From Octopus vulgaris (taxonomy: Eukaryota), in the NCBI GenBank assembly GCA_951406725.2, contig OX597824.1, positions 44,268,001-44,332,000 of the forward strand: a DNA stretch of 64,000 bases, in the 5' to 3' direction. How positions within the stretch are numbered: position 1 is the stretch's first letter; every line of letters begins with the position of its first letter. This document shows positions 51,611-63,645 of this stretch, one piece after another. Position numbers and translations under genes: made by a program. The notes under the pieces were generated by a model. The model was not told the origin of the DNA. It was given only the letters and a program-made list of their open reading frames with translations, and did not search any database.

Positions 51611-51828
51611 TGTATGTATGTATGTATGTATGTATATGTATGTGTGTGTGTGTGTGTGTGTATATATGTATGTATGGATCCATACATGTAACTCCCAATA
51701 AATTTGTTGAATGCCCTTCTTTAGTTTGTCCACTCACTAGCTCTCTGTCCTTCTGTCCAGCATTCGCTATGATTGATCGCTAGCCACTACACACTCCTTA
51801 TTTTCTCTCCTTATTTCTTTCTGTGTTC

Positions 51829-51864
51829 CTTTCTGTGGAAGAGCGTAGGCTCGAAACGTTAAAG
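51829..51864 (+). ncRNA. Minimal type I hammerhead motif, A6U core variant
   Basis: CTTT-CTGTGGA-A-GAGC GTAG GCTC-GAAA-CG-TT-AAAG. Stems I and II pair perfectly. Confidence 0.65.
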
Positions 51865-51952
51865 ATTTTTTTCACTTCCCAAATGTTAAACTAATACATC
51901 TGTTTGTTGTCTACACCACCTGTCTTCGTCTTTTGTTTTTTTGTGAATTTTC

Positions 51953-52021
<69 letters not shown>

Positions 52022-52120
52022 AGGTCAATCTGTACCAAGCAGCTTTACTCTGTGTGCTTTAGCTTCATTACCAAGGCAACAGTCTGGATACTTATTGATC
52101 AGACCATGTCCATGTATATA

Positions 52121-52189
<69 letters not shown>

Positions 52190-52979
52190 GTGTGTGTGTA
52201 TAATTTCGAACTATATTACATCACTTCCAAACTTCTCGCTCTAAATATCAAGAGAAAAATTAATCTTTACTCTTGGCTCTTCCTCATTCCCAGATATTAG
52301 CAAATGTCTCACATTATCATAATACACCTATAACCTTAGTAATACATTTTCTTCACATCTATCCATGTAAAAAAAAAAGCTGCTAATGTCCTCATCGCCT
52401 CTTTGCCATATATGTACTGACCAGAGAACTAGGTTGCAAGTACATAGCCTTATGAGAGGAGGAGGGGCAGCTGTGCAGAAAACACTTTGGTTGGCCAGCA
52501 TGGCTATTTGGGTGTAATAAACAAACATTGTGATGTCTAATGATAGATGCATCTGGCCACACACCTACATATATACAGTGACTCATCCCAATTCTTACCA
52601 ACATCATAATCCATCTTTGCGGTTGTGGGGGCAAGATCCTAACCTTCCTCTTCCTGCTTGTCCTCCCCTTCTAGCCTTGTACCTCTCGGATATTTAAATT
52701 TAGTTAGTGAAATGTTTGAAGTTGTATTTTCTGCTTCACTGTCTGAGGATGTATTTATTTGCTTATGCTTGCTGCCCTTATGAGGTACAGATATGGATTG
52801 CATCTATTGTGTATCATCATGTGTTTCTGAATATTGAAATATATGAAACAGATCAAATTAAGGAGTATCAGGTCCTTTATATTCTTTTTCTTTCATTATA
52901 TATATATATATATATATATATTCGTTTTTGGATTTGGTTTGCAAGACTCTTTATATGAGTTTGTGTGTTGAAGCATATT

Positions 52980-53248
52980 CTGTTGTGTTTAGGGAGAGTC
53001 ATTTTCTTTTTGTGCCTTATAATGTAACACGCTCAACAGTAAAATTTCCACTTATTTCTTTATTTTTATTTTCTTAAAATTTTCGTTGCGTCTTGTAACC
53101 TTTTCAAGAGAGTCAAGACTATTGAAAAGGTTGCAAGATGCAACGAAAATTTTAGGAAAATAAAAATAAGAAACAAGTGGAAATTTTACTGGTGAGTGTG
53201 TTACATTATAAGGCACAAAAAGAAAATGACTCTCCCCAGACACAACAG
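52980..53248. mobile_element. Foldback/MITE-like palindromic element (arms about 130 bp) between (TA)n tracts
   Basis: CTGTTGTG..GGGAGAGTCATTTTC / GAAAATGACTCTCCC..CACAACAG. Partial second copy at 41483-41637. Confidence 0.85.
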
Positions 53249-53763
53249 TATATATACATATATATATAGGTTAAGTAATTGAGATTCAAGTGAATTCTAA
53301 AGAATTCTAAAGATTCCCTGATATTTTCGCATGATTGTACCCTAAATCTCTTCACAAAACTGGATTATGAACTATAAGGACATGCACATATTCTGTAAGT
53401 TCAAGACTTTTCATCGGATCTCCAAGAATCGAACTTATCTGCGATTCGTGTAAATTTCAATAACAATCTGTTCCCCTACACGATATGACAGTCACTTTGC
53501 TTTTACTCAGACTTTCCTCTACATGATATGACAGTCACTTTGCTTCTTACTCGGATTTTCAGAAATTTTGCATGACTGTATCCGAAAATTTCTTCACACA
53601 ACTTGATTAGAAATTCAATATGAGCTATATGTAGACATGCACAAATTCTGTAAGTTTAAAACCTTTCATCGGATCTCCATGAATCGAACCTTCTTCAATG
53701 CAATTAATCTTACAACCTCTTTTGTATCTACCCCTTTTGATGTTTGGGAATTCTCTGATGTTT

Positions 53764-53851
53764 TTTCGGCTGACGAGTACGAGCCATCTGTATTCACTGC
53801 ATTTTTTGTAGCTTATTAAAGATGTCCTCGTACGAAACGATCGTACCGAGA
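53764..53851 (+). ncRNA. Type I hammerhead ribozyme with intact core and extended stem II, predicted GUA cleavage after 53845
   Basis: TTTCGG-CTGACGA-GTACGAG..CATCT..AGATG..CTCGTAC-GAAA-CGATCG-TA-CCGAGA. All core nucleotides present; palindromic stem III ACGATCGT. Confidence 0.88.
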
Positions 53852-54256
53852 TTTTAATCCATTCTTGTTGCTTTTTTCCTACATATATATATATATATGA
53901 AACAGAAAAAAGTTATAAAATTGCTTGCTGGATTGGATTTGAGCACCATGTCTGCTGTTTACTATGTAGCTGTGCTAAACACCACGTGAAAGTGACTTTG
54001 TGTGCGGACAAATGCACGCACACACACACAAGCAAGGTAATATTTCCCTACAACCAGTCATGTATTCATGGAATATTAGAAATGCAGGATACTGCTAGCA
54101 TGATGGTGGCACTTGTTTATAACTGTCATACGGTTAAAGCAAGGAGATAGTAGCACCCACACATGAACATACACACACACATACATATACACGTACATAT
54201 ATATATATCAACCATGTGATTGCATATGTGCTTTTCTTCACTCCGGACTTTTTCCT

Positions 54257-54291
54257 CTTTCTGACGAAGAGCCATGCTAGAAACATCACAC
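54257..54291 (+). ncRNA. Degenerate minimal hammerhead motif
   Basis: CTTT-CTGACGA-A-GAGC CAT GCTA-GAAA-CA-TC. Same architecture as 21377 and 51829; stem I degraded. Confidence 0.5.
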
Positions 54292-54301
54292 TTCCTTTGC
54301 C

Positions 54302-54603
54302 TTGTGCCGGTAGCATGTAAAAAGCACCATCCGAATGTGACTGATGCCAGTACTCACTAACTGGTTCCTGTGCCGGTGACACATAAAATGCACTATCCAA
54401 ATGTGATCAATGCCAAGCCTTCCTGTGCCGGTGGCATGTAAAAAGCACCCACTACACTTTCAGAGTGGTTGGCATTAGGAAGGGCATCCAGCTGTAGAAA
54501 TATTGCCAGATCAGATTGGAACCTGGTGCAACCACTGGCTCTCCAGACCTCAGTCAAACCGTTGAACCCATGCCAGCATGGAAAACGGATGTTAAATGAT
54601 GAT
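54302..54603 (+). mobile_element. RTE LINE 3'-UTR fragment with 3 repeat units
   Basis: TGTGCCGGT.GCA.GTAAAAAGCACC units plus conserved tail. Confidence 0.85.
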
Positions 54604-54835
54604 TCATTGTGTACATCCTTTTGACTTGTGCTTCCTATTTTTGTTTTTAATTTTGATTTCTCTCTCTCTATATATATGTATCCATTTGTCCACAAGTACT
54701 TACATATGCATTTATATATGCATATGTGGAAACAGTGTAGCTCTCTCTCTTTGTGTGTATGTGTGTGTGCTTATGTGAATATGCTTGTGTATGTCTCAAC
54801 ATATGTGAATAGGTGGTATGAGTGTATGCTTATTG

Positions 54836-55068
54836 GGCGGCGAGCTGGCAGAATCGTTAGCACGCCGAGTGAAATGCTTAGCGGTATTTCGTCTGACGCT
54901 ACGTTCTGAGTTCAAATTCCGCCGAGGTCGACTTTGCCTTTCATCCTTTCGGGGTCGATTAAATAAGTACCAGTTACGCACTGGGGTCGATATAATCAAC
55001 TTAATCCGTTTGTCTGTCCTTGTTTGTCCTCTCTGTGTTTAGCCCCTTGTGGGTAGTAAAGAAATAGG
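54836..55068 (+). mobile_element. tRNA-derived SINE family A, young full-length copy
   Basis: GGCGGCGAGCTGGCAGAATCGTTAGC (A-box-like) and GAGTTCAAATTCC (B-box-like). CpGs retained. Confidence 0.9.
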
Positions 55069-55285
55069 TATGAGTGTATGCGTGTATAACATTTCTCCTG
55101 TCATTACTTTCTGCCCTTCTCCTCAATGTTTTAAAACCTTTTGGTTTTCTTTTATTTTCTCCTCATTCTGACAAATACTTGTTATCTCTCTCTCTCTCTC
55201 TCTCCTCCCCATCAACTCCCCCTTTTTCTCTGTCTCTGAATAATTGTAATTTATTTATCCTTCAATACCAGTTGACATTTCTTTC

Positions 55286-55320
55286 CCTTCTGATGAAGGG
55301 TTCTGCCTGAAACATTAGAC
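55286..55320 (+). ncRNA. Degenerate minimal hammerhead motif
   Basis: CCTT-CTGATGA-AGG GTTCTG CCT-GAAA-CA-TT-AGAC. Weak stem I. Confidence 0.45.
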
Positions 55321-55448
55321 TTCTCTTCTCCCTCAAGGAATAAAATTTATTCCACTTTTTGAATTATTTATGTATGTGTGTGTGCATGCATGCATGCGTG
55401 TGTGTGTGTATGCATGCATGCGTGTGTGTGTGTATGCATGCGTGTGTA

Positions 55449-55501
<53 letters not shown>

Positions 55502-56134
55502 TTATATAGATATACATACACACACACATACACACATACATTTATGTCTTTCTCTCTTCTCTCTCTCTCTCTTCCTCTCTTTTTCTCTCTCATCCCTTCA
55601 GTTCTGCTTACTGTTGTTGCATTTCCAGTAGGGCAGTTTACTGCTCTCTATGTCCACTTCCTGTTTTCTCTTTCCTGCTTTTCTCTCTTCAACCATCATA
55701 TTTGTCAGATGGGTCTTCCTTTTATCGTAATATCTGCTCTCTTGGCCAAATTGCTTTACTGCATTTCCTCTTGGCTTTAACGTTTCCACTCTCTTGACTT
55801 CTAAGTAAAAACTCTTTATATTTCCTTTCTTGTCATTTTTCAGTCGAAAGTCCATTTGGCATTTTTTGTGCTCTATCTCCATATTGTTTATCTCTCTTGT
55901 TCTGTAATATTTATCCTCATGGTTTGATAGCTTAAAACCATAGCAATCATTACAAATTGTGATCCAGTAAGAAGTTATTCAAAACCCCTGAGAATGTTTA
56001 GTTAGCATCTGATGAAGAGTGTATTTGTTTATTTTGTGTATATCATATTTTGCTCGTATCTTATTTTACTGTGCTGTTCTTTCTTGCCTATTTGTTTGTA
56101 CTTGCCTTGTCTTCCTTCTCTTTTTTCTGCTTAA

Positions 56135-56344
56135 CCCTTTCACATTTAAATTACTCTATCAAATGTAATGATTATTCATTCACATTGTTTTGAATTTATC
56201 ATGCATTATCTTGTAACTTCAAGATTTTGATGATGTGATTGTTTAGTTTTAGAATGATGTTGTAGAGAAGCCAGATCCAGGTAGTTTGAACATAAAACAG
56301 GTAGAATATTTGGGCTGCATATAACCAGTTTAAATGCTAAAGGG
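56135..56344. mobile_element. piggyBac-type MITE (210 bp)
   Basis: TTAA|CCCTTTCACATTTAAA..TTTAAATGCTAAAGGG|TTAA. Confidence 0.8.
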
Positions 56345-56626
56345 TTAAACATTTATTGAAAAACCCAAATATTGGGTCCTTTCATCAGTAAACATGCCAT
56401 TGCTTATAACTTTATAACTTATAAATCAACACCACTAGCATTAATCCATTTTTATTTCTTGATATTATGTGTGTGTATATGTGTGTGTCTGTGTGTGCGT
56501 GTGTGTGTGCAGATATATGTGAGTGTGTATATTATGTGTACATGTGTACATGTGTCCATGTGTCCATGTGTGGATGTACGTGTGTGTGTTTGTGTGTGTG
56601 TTTTGTGTGTGTGTGTGTGTGTTTGG

Positions 56627-56714
<88 letters not shown>

Positions 56715-57159
56715 ACATCTATTCATGAAGAATAAGCTACTGAAAAAGGTACCCTTGACGATCAGTGCACTACAAATCTCTAAAGAGAGTTATGTAATAA
56801 GTCATACATCTGAAGTCATGAAACACTAGGTGTTCTTTGAAAACTCAAGATCCACTCAACTTACTGTAGTTATGACATTTCAATGAAACATTTTTCTGAA
56901 CTTTAAATATTGCCAGAAGTATAAGCTAAACTCTAGCCATACTATAAATATGAATACACTGTTCACAAAATAAGAACCATGGAATCCACTTGCATGAAAT
57001 GTTGTCATCAATACAAGTCTGCAGTTTGCTTGCCATCACATTTCTAACACTACAAGTGGTTTATTAGCATTCAGCTGTTACTTTTCTTTCACATCTTTAT
57101 TTCCTTCTAACTAGACATTAGTATTTTTACTTTCTTTCCGTTTATGCTTTTTGTCTTAT

Positions 57160-57360
57160 ATCTGTTACTTGTTTCAGTCATTGAACTTCAGCCATACTGG
57201 GGCACCCCCTTGAAGGGTTTAGTTAGAGAAATCTACACCAGTACCTATTTTTAAGCATGGTACTTCTCCTATTGGTCTCTTTTGCTGAATCACTAAGTTA
57301 CAGGGATGTAAACCTACCAACATCGGTTGTCAACTGATGGTGGGTGGCAAACACAAACAC
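57160..57360 (-). mobile_element. SINE family B 3' part
   Basis: TTACTTGTTTCAGTCATTG..CTAAGTTACAGGGATGTAAAC..CATCGGTTGTCAA. Confidence 0.7.
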
Positions 57361-57408
57361 CCCCCCACCACCACATGTGCACGTGCACACACACACAACA
57401 CAGACACA

Positions 57409-57463
<55 letters not shown>

Positions 57464-58037
57464 GTAAATCAGATAGAAAAATAGAAGATAATGAAATGGA
57501 ACAGACATTTATAAGATTGGAGGAGAGCTGGAGAAAGATAAATTGAGAGATAGGGATGAAAGAGAGAGAAAGGGAGTGAGAGAGGGGGAGAGCAGGTAAG
57601 TTGGGGGGGAGAGAGAGAGAGAGAGAGATTTGGTGAAATAACTTCCTTGATGTTTCTATATCTCCAGCAAAATCTTGAAATTAATGATTTTCAAATTAGA
57701 AAAAATGCTTAACTCAACATTTTCATCAGAAGGCAGCTACTGGCAATATATAACAGTTAATACTTGTAACTATGTTAACAGTGAAATCTTGTTCTTAATG
57801 AGTTAACCTTTTGAAGTCTTTAGCTGCAGGGTGCAGAGTGCAAAAACCTAATAAATATAAATATTCTTTGTAAATACTGATGCTAGCAAAGTAAATCTTT
57901 TCTTAGTCTGGACCTGATAACAGTGTAATGTAATGACTTTCCACATATAACTTTTCTATACGTAAATTATGTTACTACTCCGTTAACACTTTCATACTTA
58001 CTTCTGCTGACAACACTTATTAATTGGTTACTGTATA

Positions 58038-58070
<33 letters not shown>

Positions 58071-58691
58071 CCAGTGGGCTTAAAAAATAATTAATAATGA
58101 CAGAAGCAATATTAATACCAAAAGGTAATATTTATACTCACTTAAAAATAGATAATGTGTCATAACACAGAATACTGTGTTATTTATCATGACAGAATCT
58201 TTCATATGCACTTGTGGTGCATAAAAGCACACATGTTTTTATTGCTAGCAGGAGATAGTCATCCACTGCTGCTGCCAGGACTGTCAGATCACATGATTTC
58301 AGCCTTCCTTGGCCTTGTCAATGGCAGATGTCTAAGGCCAGACATAGCAGCGATTTCCCCATTTGTGATATACATAGAATCTCAGTGTCAATTCAAGCAT
58401 GCACACACACACACACACACATACTGGTGGTGGTGCCATGTAAAAAGCAATGGTGATGGTGCTACATAAAAAGCACCCACTACACTCTGTAAAGTGGTTG
58501 GGCATTAGGAAGGGATTCCAGCTGTAGAAAGCAAGTCAAAACAGATAGTATAGCCTTCCAACCCATGCCAGCATGAAAACTGGATGTTAAAGGATGATGA
58601 TATATATATATATGTAATCAACTTACCCTCTCCTGCAAATCAACATTGGATCCCTTGATGACAATGTAAACATCATTTGATTAAGGTATCT

Positions 58692-58778
58692 TTAACCTGA
58701 TGAGTAGCTAGTAGATTACCCCTCATTTGGGCTATTACTACTTCTGAGGTTCTGCTAGCTATAAAACATATGTAGCCT
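58692..58778 (+). ncRNA. Long-stem-II hammerhead motif with G12A change and degraded stem I
   Basis: CTGATGA-GTAGCTAGTAGA..CCTCA..TGAGG..TCTGCTAGCTAT-AAAA-CATATG-TA. 12-bp stem II; palindromic stem III. Confidence 0.65.
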
Positions 58779-59056
58779 GGATTTTATCTAATCCATTCCC
58801 TAATTTTGGGTTTTTTATTCCCATACGCAGCAACCCCGACTGCTAACCATAAGCTATAAAACAATTTTTTCAGCTTATCAAACTTTGTTATTGGAGAAAT
58901 TTACATCCTTCTATGTCAATAAACCACCAATGTTCTTTTATCCTTCTATGGACAGCTTGAAGATTACTAACTTCCTACACCTTGACCCTTGGATCTTACC
59001 TTTACGTATTATATATATGTCAATTTCTCCATTTTCTTTTCTTATACATAATATAT

Positions 59057-59127
<71 letters not shown>

Positions 59128-59128
59128 T

Positions 59129-60156
59129 AGGAATGAAGCCAGTATGATCCGATGGATGTGTAATGTCAGTGTGAATACTCGACTGAGTGTAAGTACCTTG
59201 AGAGAAAAGTTGGACCTAAGAAGCATCAGATGTGGTGTGCAAGAGAGACGACTGTGCTGGTATGGCCATGTGGTGAGAATGGATGAAGACAGCTGTGTGA
59301 AAAAGTGCCACACCCTAGCAGTTGAGGGAACCTGTGGAAGAGGTAGACCCAGGAAAACCTGGGATGAAGTGGTGAAGCATGACCTTCGAACTTTAGGCCT
59401 CACCAAGGAAATGACTAGTGTCTGAGACCTTTGGAAATATGCCGTGTGTGAGAAAGCCAAATGAAACCATAATCTCATGGACTATTCCAGGGGCGTAACC
59501 AGCCCACTTATGCATAACCTTTTCTTCATTGGACACTAAACTCTGCTTGCGAAGACCTGCTGAGGCAAGTAAAATCAAATCAATCAAAAGCAAAATCAAA
59601 ATCAAATTCAATGACTGGCGTCTGTGCTGGCAGGGTGCAAAGAGCACCATACGAGTGTGATCATTGACAAAGCAGCTAACCGGCTTCCATGCCAGTGGCA
59701 CTTATAAGGGCACCATTCGTGCGTGATCGTTACCAGCGTCGCCTTACTGGCACTTGTGCCCGTACTAGTAGGGTGCCAAGAGCACCATCTGAGTGTGATC
59801 GTTGCCAGAGCTGCCAACTGGCTTCCGTGCCAGTGGCACGTAAAAGGGCACCATTCAAGCGTGATCATTACCAACGTCACCTTACTGGCACCTGTGCCGG
59901 TGACATGTGTAAAAGGATTCGAGCGAGGTCGTTGCCAGTACCGCCTGACTGGCCCCCGTGTCGGTGGCACGTAAAAGCACCCACCACATTCTCGGAGTGG
60001 TTGGCATTAGGAAGGGCATCCAGCTGTAGAAACTCTGCCAAATCAAGATTGGAGCCTGGTGCAACCATCTGGTTTGCCAGCCCTCAGTCAAAATCGTCCA
60101 ACCCATGCTAGCATGGAAAGTGGACGTTAAATGACGATGATGATGATGATGATGAT
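59129..60156 (+). mobile_element. RTE LINE, 5'-truncated, (TA)n on both sides
   Basis: RNEASMIRWMCNV..GRPRKTWDEVVKHDL, 3' UTR units, (GAT)n tail. Confidence 0.95.
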
Positions 60157-60206
60157 ATATATATATATATATACACATATGTATATGTACGTATATATGC
60201 ATATAT

Positions 60207-60766
60207 ATGTGCAAACAGCCATGCTACACAACAGTGAAACATGGGCTGTGACTGCAGAGGACATGTGAAAGCTTGAAAGAAATGAAGCCAGTATATTTTG
60301 CTGGATGTGCAATGTCAGTGTGCATGCATAACTGAGTGTAAGCATCTTGAGAGAAAAATTAGGCATAAGAGGTATCAAATGTGGTGTGCAAGAGAGAAGA
60401 CTGCACTGGTCCAGACCAGGTTTTGAAAACCTTTTATAAGTGTTCGATTATGTGATGCATATAGATGAAAACAGCTGCATAAAGAAATGTTGATCTCTAA
60501 CTATGGAGGGAACCTGTGGAAGAGGTAGACCCAGGAAGACATGGGATGAAGTGGTGAAGCTTGATCTTCAGATGTTAAGTCCTATGGAGGCAATGACAAG
60601 CGATTGAGGATTTGTTGTGCTTGAAAAGACTCGTCAAGCCAAGTGAAATTGTAGCCATGGACAGTGTAGTGACACATAAAAAGCACCTGTGCCAGTGACA
60701 CCTATAAGGCAGCCATGCTGGTGACATGTAACGGTCACTAAATAATGATGAGGAAGATGATGATAA

Positions 60767-60770
<4 letters not shown>
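60207..60770 (+). mobile_element. Decayed RTE LINE 3' fragment
   Basis: TAMLHNSETWAVTAED..RGRPRKTWDEVVK; partial tail. Confidence 0.85.
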
Positions 60771-60817
<47 letters not shown>

Positions 60818-61364
60818 CAAAAGTAAAAAAACAACAAATGAAAATAGTTAAAACATAACAAGCAGGGAAATGAGGATAGCACAACAACAGCAATCAGGAC
60901 AAAACAAGATACAGGGATCATTTGCAGCCAATTGCTTCTTCAGTCAGAGTCTAGAATGTTTATGCAGTTTTGCCCAATCCTCTCTGATACTACTCGAAAC
61001 CAGTTGGGAAAAGGGCTTAAGCTGAAGGCATTAAGCCCCTGAGCAAGGCAAACGAATGTACATATACAAACATAAGGAAATAACAAACAGAAAGGGTCTT
61101 TCAACTATCGAACAAACGTAACATAAGAAATAGAATTATACATATACATATAAAATGGACAAAAGCCTTTTAGCTATACAACGAAAATAAAACAAAGCAA
61201 ACAGAGTTTTTCAACTATCAGACAGTGTAGTAAGCTAGTACAAGAAAAAAGTAAATGGAAAAATCTTAACTGACTGGGTGGCAAGACAGAATAGAACAGA
61301 TTCGACTGACCTCAAAGGCGGTCAGCCAAAAAAGGACAACAATATATACACTGGACAGCGATCA

Positions 61365-61431
<67 letters not shown>

Positions 61432-62195
61432 TACACACACACACACACATATATATATACACATATGATGAGCTTCCACACAGTTTCCATCAACCAAATT
61501 CATTCACAAGTTTTCAGCTGGTAAAGGGCCATTGTAGAAGAAATTTGCTCAAAGTGCCATGCAGTGAGATTGAAACCATGTGGTGGCAATTGAAGCTTCT
61601 TAACCACATAGCTATACCTAGCTAATTTTATTCAACATCTGTAAGCATTTTCACTAGTATATTAAATATATTAGTGCTTAAAACCTCAGATAAAAGAACA
61701 AAAAAATGAGAGTTTAGGTGACCAGCAAACAGCAAACATCACCATATCAGGTCTCCTATTAAAATTATTCATCAGCAGTGATATAGCTGAATCATATGCT
61801 CTTCCAAATTGATGTTAATGCCTTTCAGACTTGTTAAGTAAATTCAGTTACAGGTGCAAACTTGACAAGAAAGCTCTGACAAAGGTTACAAATGTTACCA
61901 CACAATGCTTTAATTGTTGATACTGACTCACTTCTACCTACCTACCTACCTACCTACCTACCTACCTACATACCTACCTACCTACATACTAGTTTGTCTG
62001 TTTGACTGTCTGTCTCACCATACTTTGTTATTTGTTTCAAGAAGTCTTTCACAACAAAACTAAATATGTATGCATGTATTACTTGCAAGTGCAATTGCGA
62101 AGAAAATTAATTCTGTTTATATATGTGTAGGTGTGTATTGGCATGTGTGTGTGCATATGTGTGTGTGTGTGTGTGTGTGTATGTATATGTATGTA

Positions 62196-62226
<31 letters not shown>

Positions 62227-62287
62227 GTGTATGTATGTATGTATGTATGTATGTATGTATATATATGTGTGTGTGTGTATGTATATG

Positions 62288-62319
<32 letters not shown>

Positions 62320-62399
62320 TGTATGTATATATGTATGTATATATAGGTATGGGTACAGGGTATCTGAGTATTTTAGATGTTTTCCCAGTGTGTTCTGTA

Positions 62400-63225
62400 T
62401 GTTGGTGGAACATTACTGAAATAAATGAAGAACTATATGAATTTCAGGGCTGTATTCACAAGTGAAGGGAAGCAGGAAGCTGAACTGGATGCTAGAATTG
62501 CAGGTGCTGGAATTGACCCTCAAAAAAGGAGAAGAAATAAAAGGCAAAACTTGCTATCTTCAATTCAGTTTTCGTGCCTATCCTCACCTATGGTCATGAA
62601 TGTTGTGTAAATACAATTGCAAATACAAGCAACCAAAATGAGTTTTCTCCAAAAGATCTCTGGAGTAGCATTGATTTCAAATTTTGGCACAAGGCAAGCA
62701 AGTTCAGGAGAGGGCATAAGTTGGTTACATCGACCCCAGTGTTTAACTGGTACTTATTTTAGTGGCCTTGAAAGGATGAAAGGCAAAGTCAACTTTGATG
62801 GAATTTGAACTTAGAACATTAAGATGGACGAAATGCCACTAAGCATTTTGCTTGTTGTTCTATTGATTCTGCTGGCTTGCCACCCTCATCTCTCTGGAGT
62901 AACATTACTTGACAATGTGCATAGCTCAGAGATCAGGTAGTCTTTCCAATTTGAGCCTAAGGGGCCATAGCTCCAGTACTACAGATATGTGATTAGAATG
63001 TCACAGGAAAGAATTTCAAGATGGATTCTTCAAGTTGAGCCAACCAGCAGGAGACCTAAGGGTTGATCAAAGATGAAATGATTGGATAATATCCATAGTT
63101 TCAGTTGGTCATGCTTGGGAATCCAGCTGGAAAGTCTAATGCTGGTTGCTTTTGACAGGACCCTGAGGATTCTGCCCCGCAGACCCTCTCAGGAATAGTA
63201 GATCAAGAAGATGGAAGGATGGACA
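62400..63225 (+). mobile_element. Rex3/Expander-type RTE LINE 3' relic interrupted by a SINE
   Basis: FTSEGKQEAELDARI, PILTYGHE, IQATKMSFLQKISG|VTLLD; tail CTGCCCCGCAGACCC..GAAGATGGAAGGATGGA. Confidence 0.7.
62672..62886 (-). mobile_element. SINE family A copy nested in the Rex3-like relic
   Basis: AAAGGATGAAAGGCAAAGTCAACTTTGATGGAATTTGAACT..GATTCTGCTGGCTTGCCACC. Confidence 0.8.
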
Positions 63226-63467
63226 TCACAATCATGAGCTCTGAGTTTGATCCTACAGCATGTTACTTTGAGCAAGTCACTCTCAGAGATTCAGATCAAG
63301 CCAAGCCTTATAAGTAAAATGGAAACTGTGTAGAGGCCTATTGGATGGATTGTACTTGTAATTCACAGGGCCAGCTTTGTCAAACTCTTTGTCATGCAGA
63401 TTCTAACTGAAGATTACATACATCTGTGGAATACTCAGCCACCTACACAATAATTTGATGAATTGCT

Positions 63468-63550
63468 GTCTCTGAAGAGTGTAGGGTTACATAATTGGGT
63501 TGTTACCTAACATTCCGTCAAACCTCTAGTGTGAAACGAAATAGCAAGAT
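63468..63550 (+). ncRNA. Degenerate long-stem-II hammerhead motif
   Basis: GTCT-CTGAAGA-GTGTAGGGTT..AACCTCTAGTGT-GAAAC..GCA-AGAT. Cleavage triplet mutated; (TA)n about 100 bp downstream. Confidence 0.45.
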
Positions 63551-63645
63551 CAGTCGTAATGGATATATAATACTGTATGCTTCGATTAATATACCCACTC
63601 TATTGACATGCGCATGATTTTTCTGACTTATGGATTCTTAGATGG

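Noticed and set aside
52738-52860. CTGAGGA..GAAACAGATC possible long hammerhead (a similar weak case at 60915-60950 minus)
   Set aside because: Stem I is absent and AT-rich pairing is expected by chance.
54836-54925. tRNA gene
   Set aside because: The A/B boxes belong to a multicopy SINE head. No cloverleaf or terminator is evident.
11376-62465. Many ORFs rich in YI, VC, HT or MYVC
   Set aside because: These are translations of (TA)n, (TG)n and (TATG)n microsatellites.
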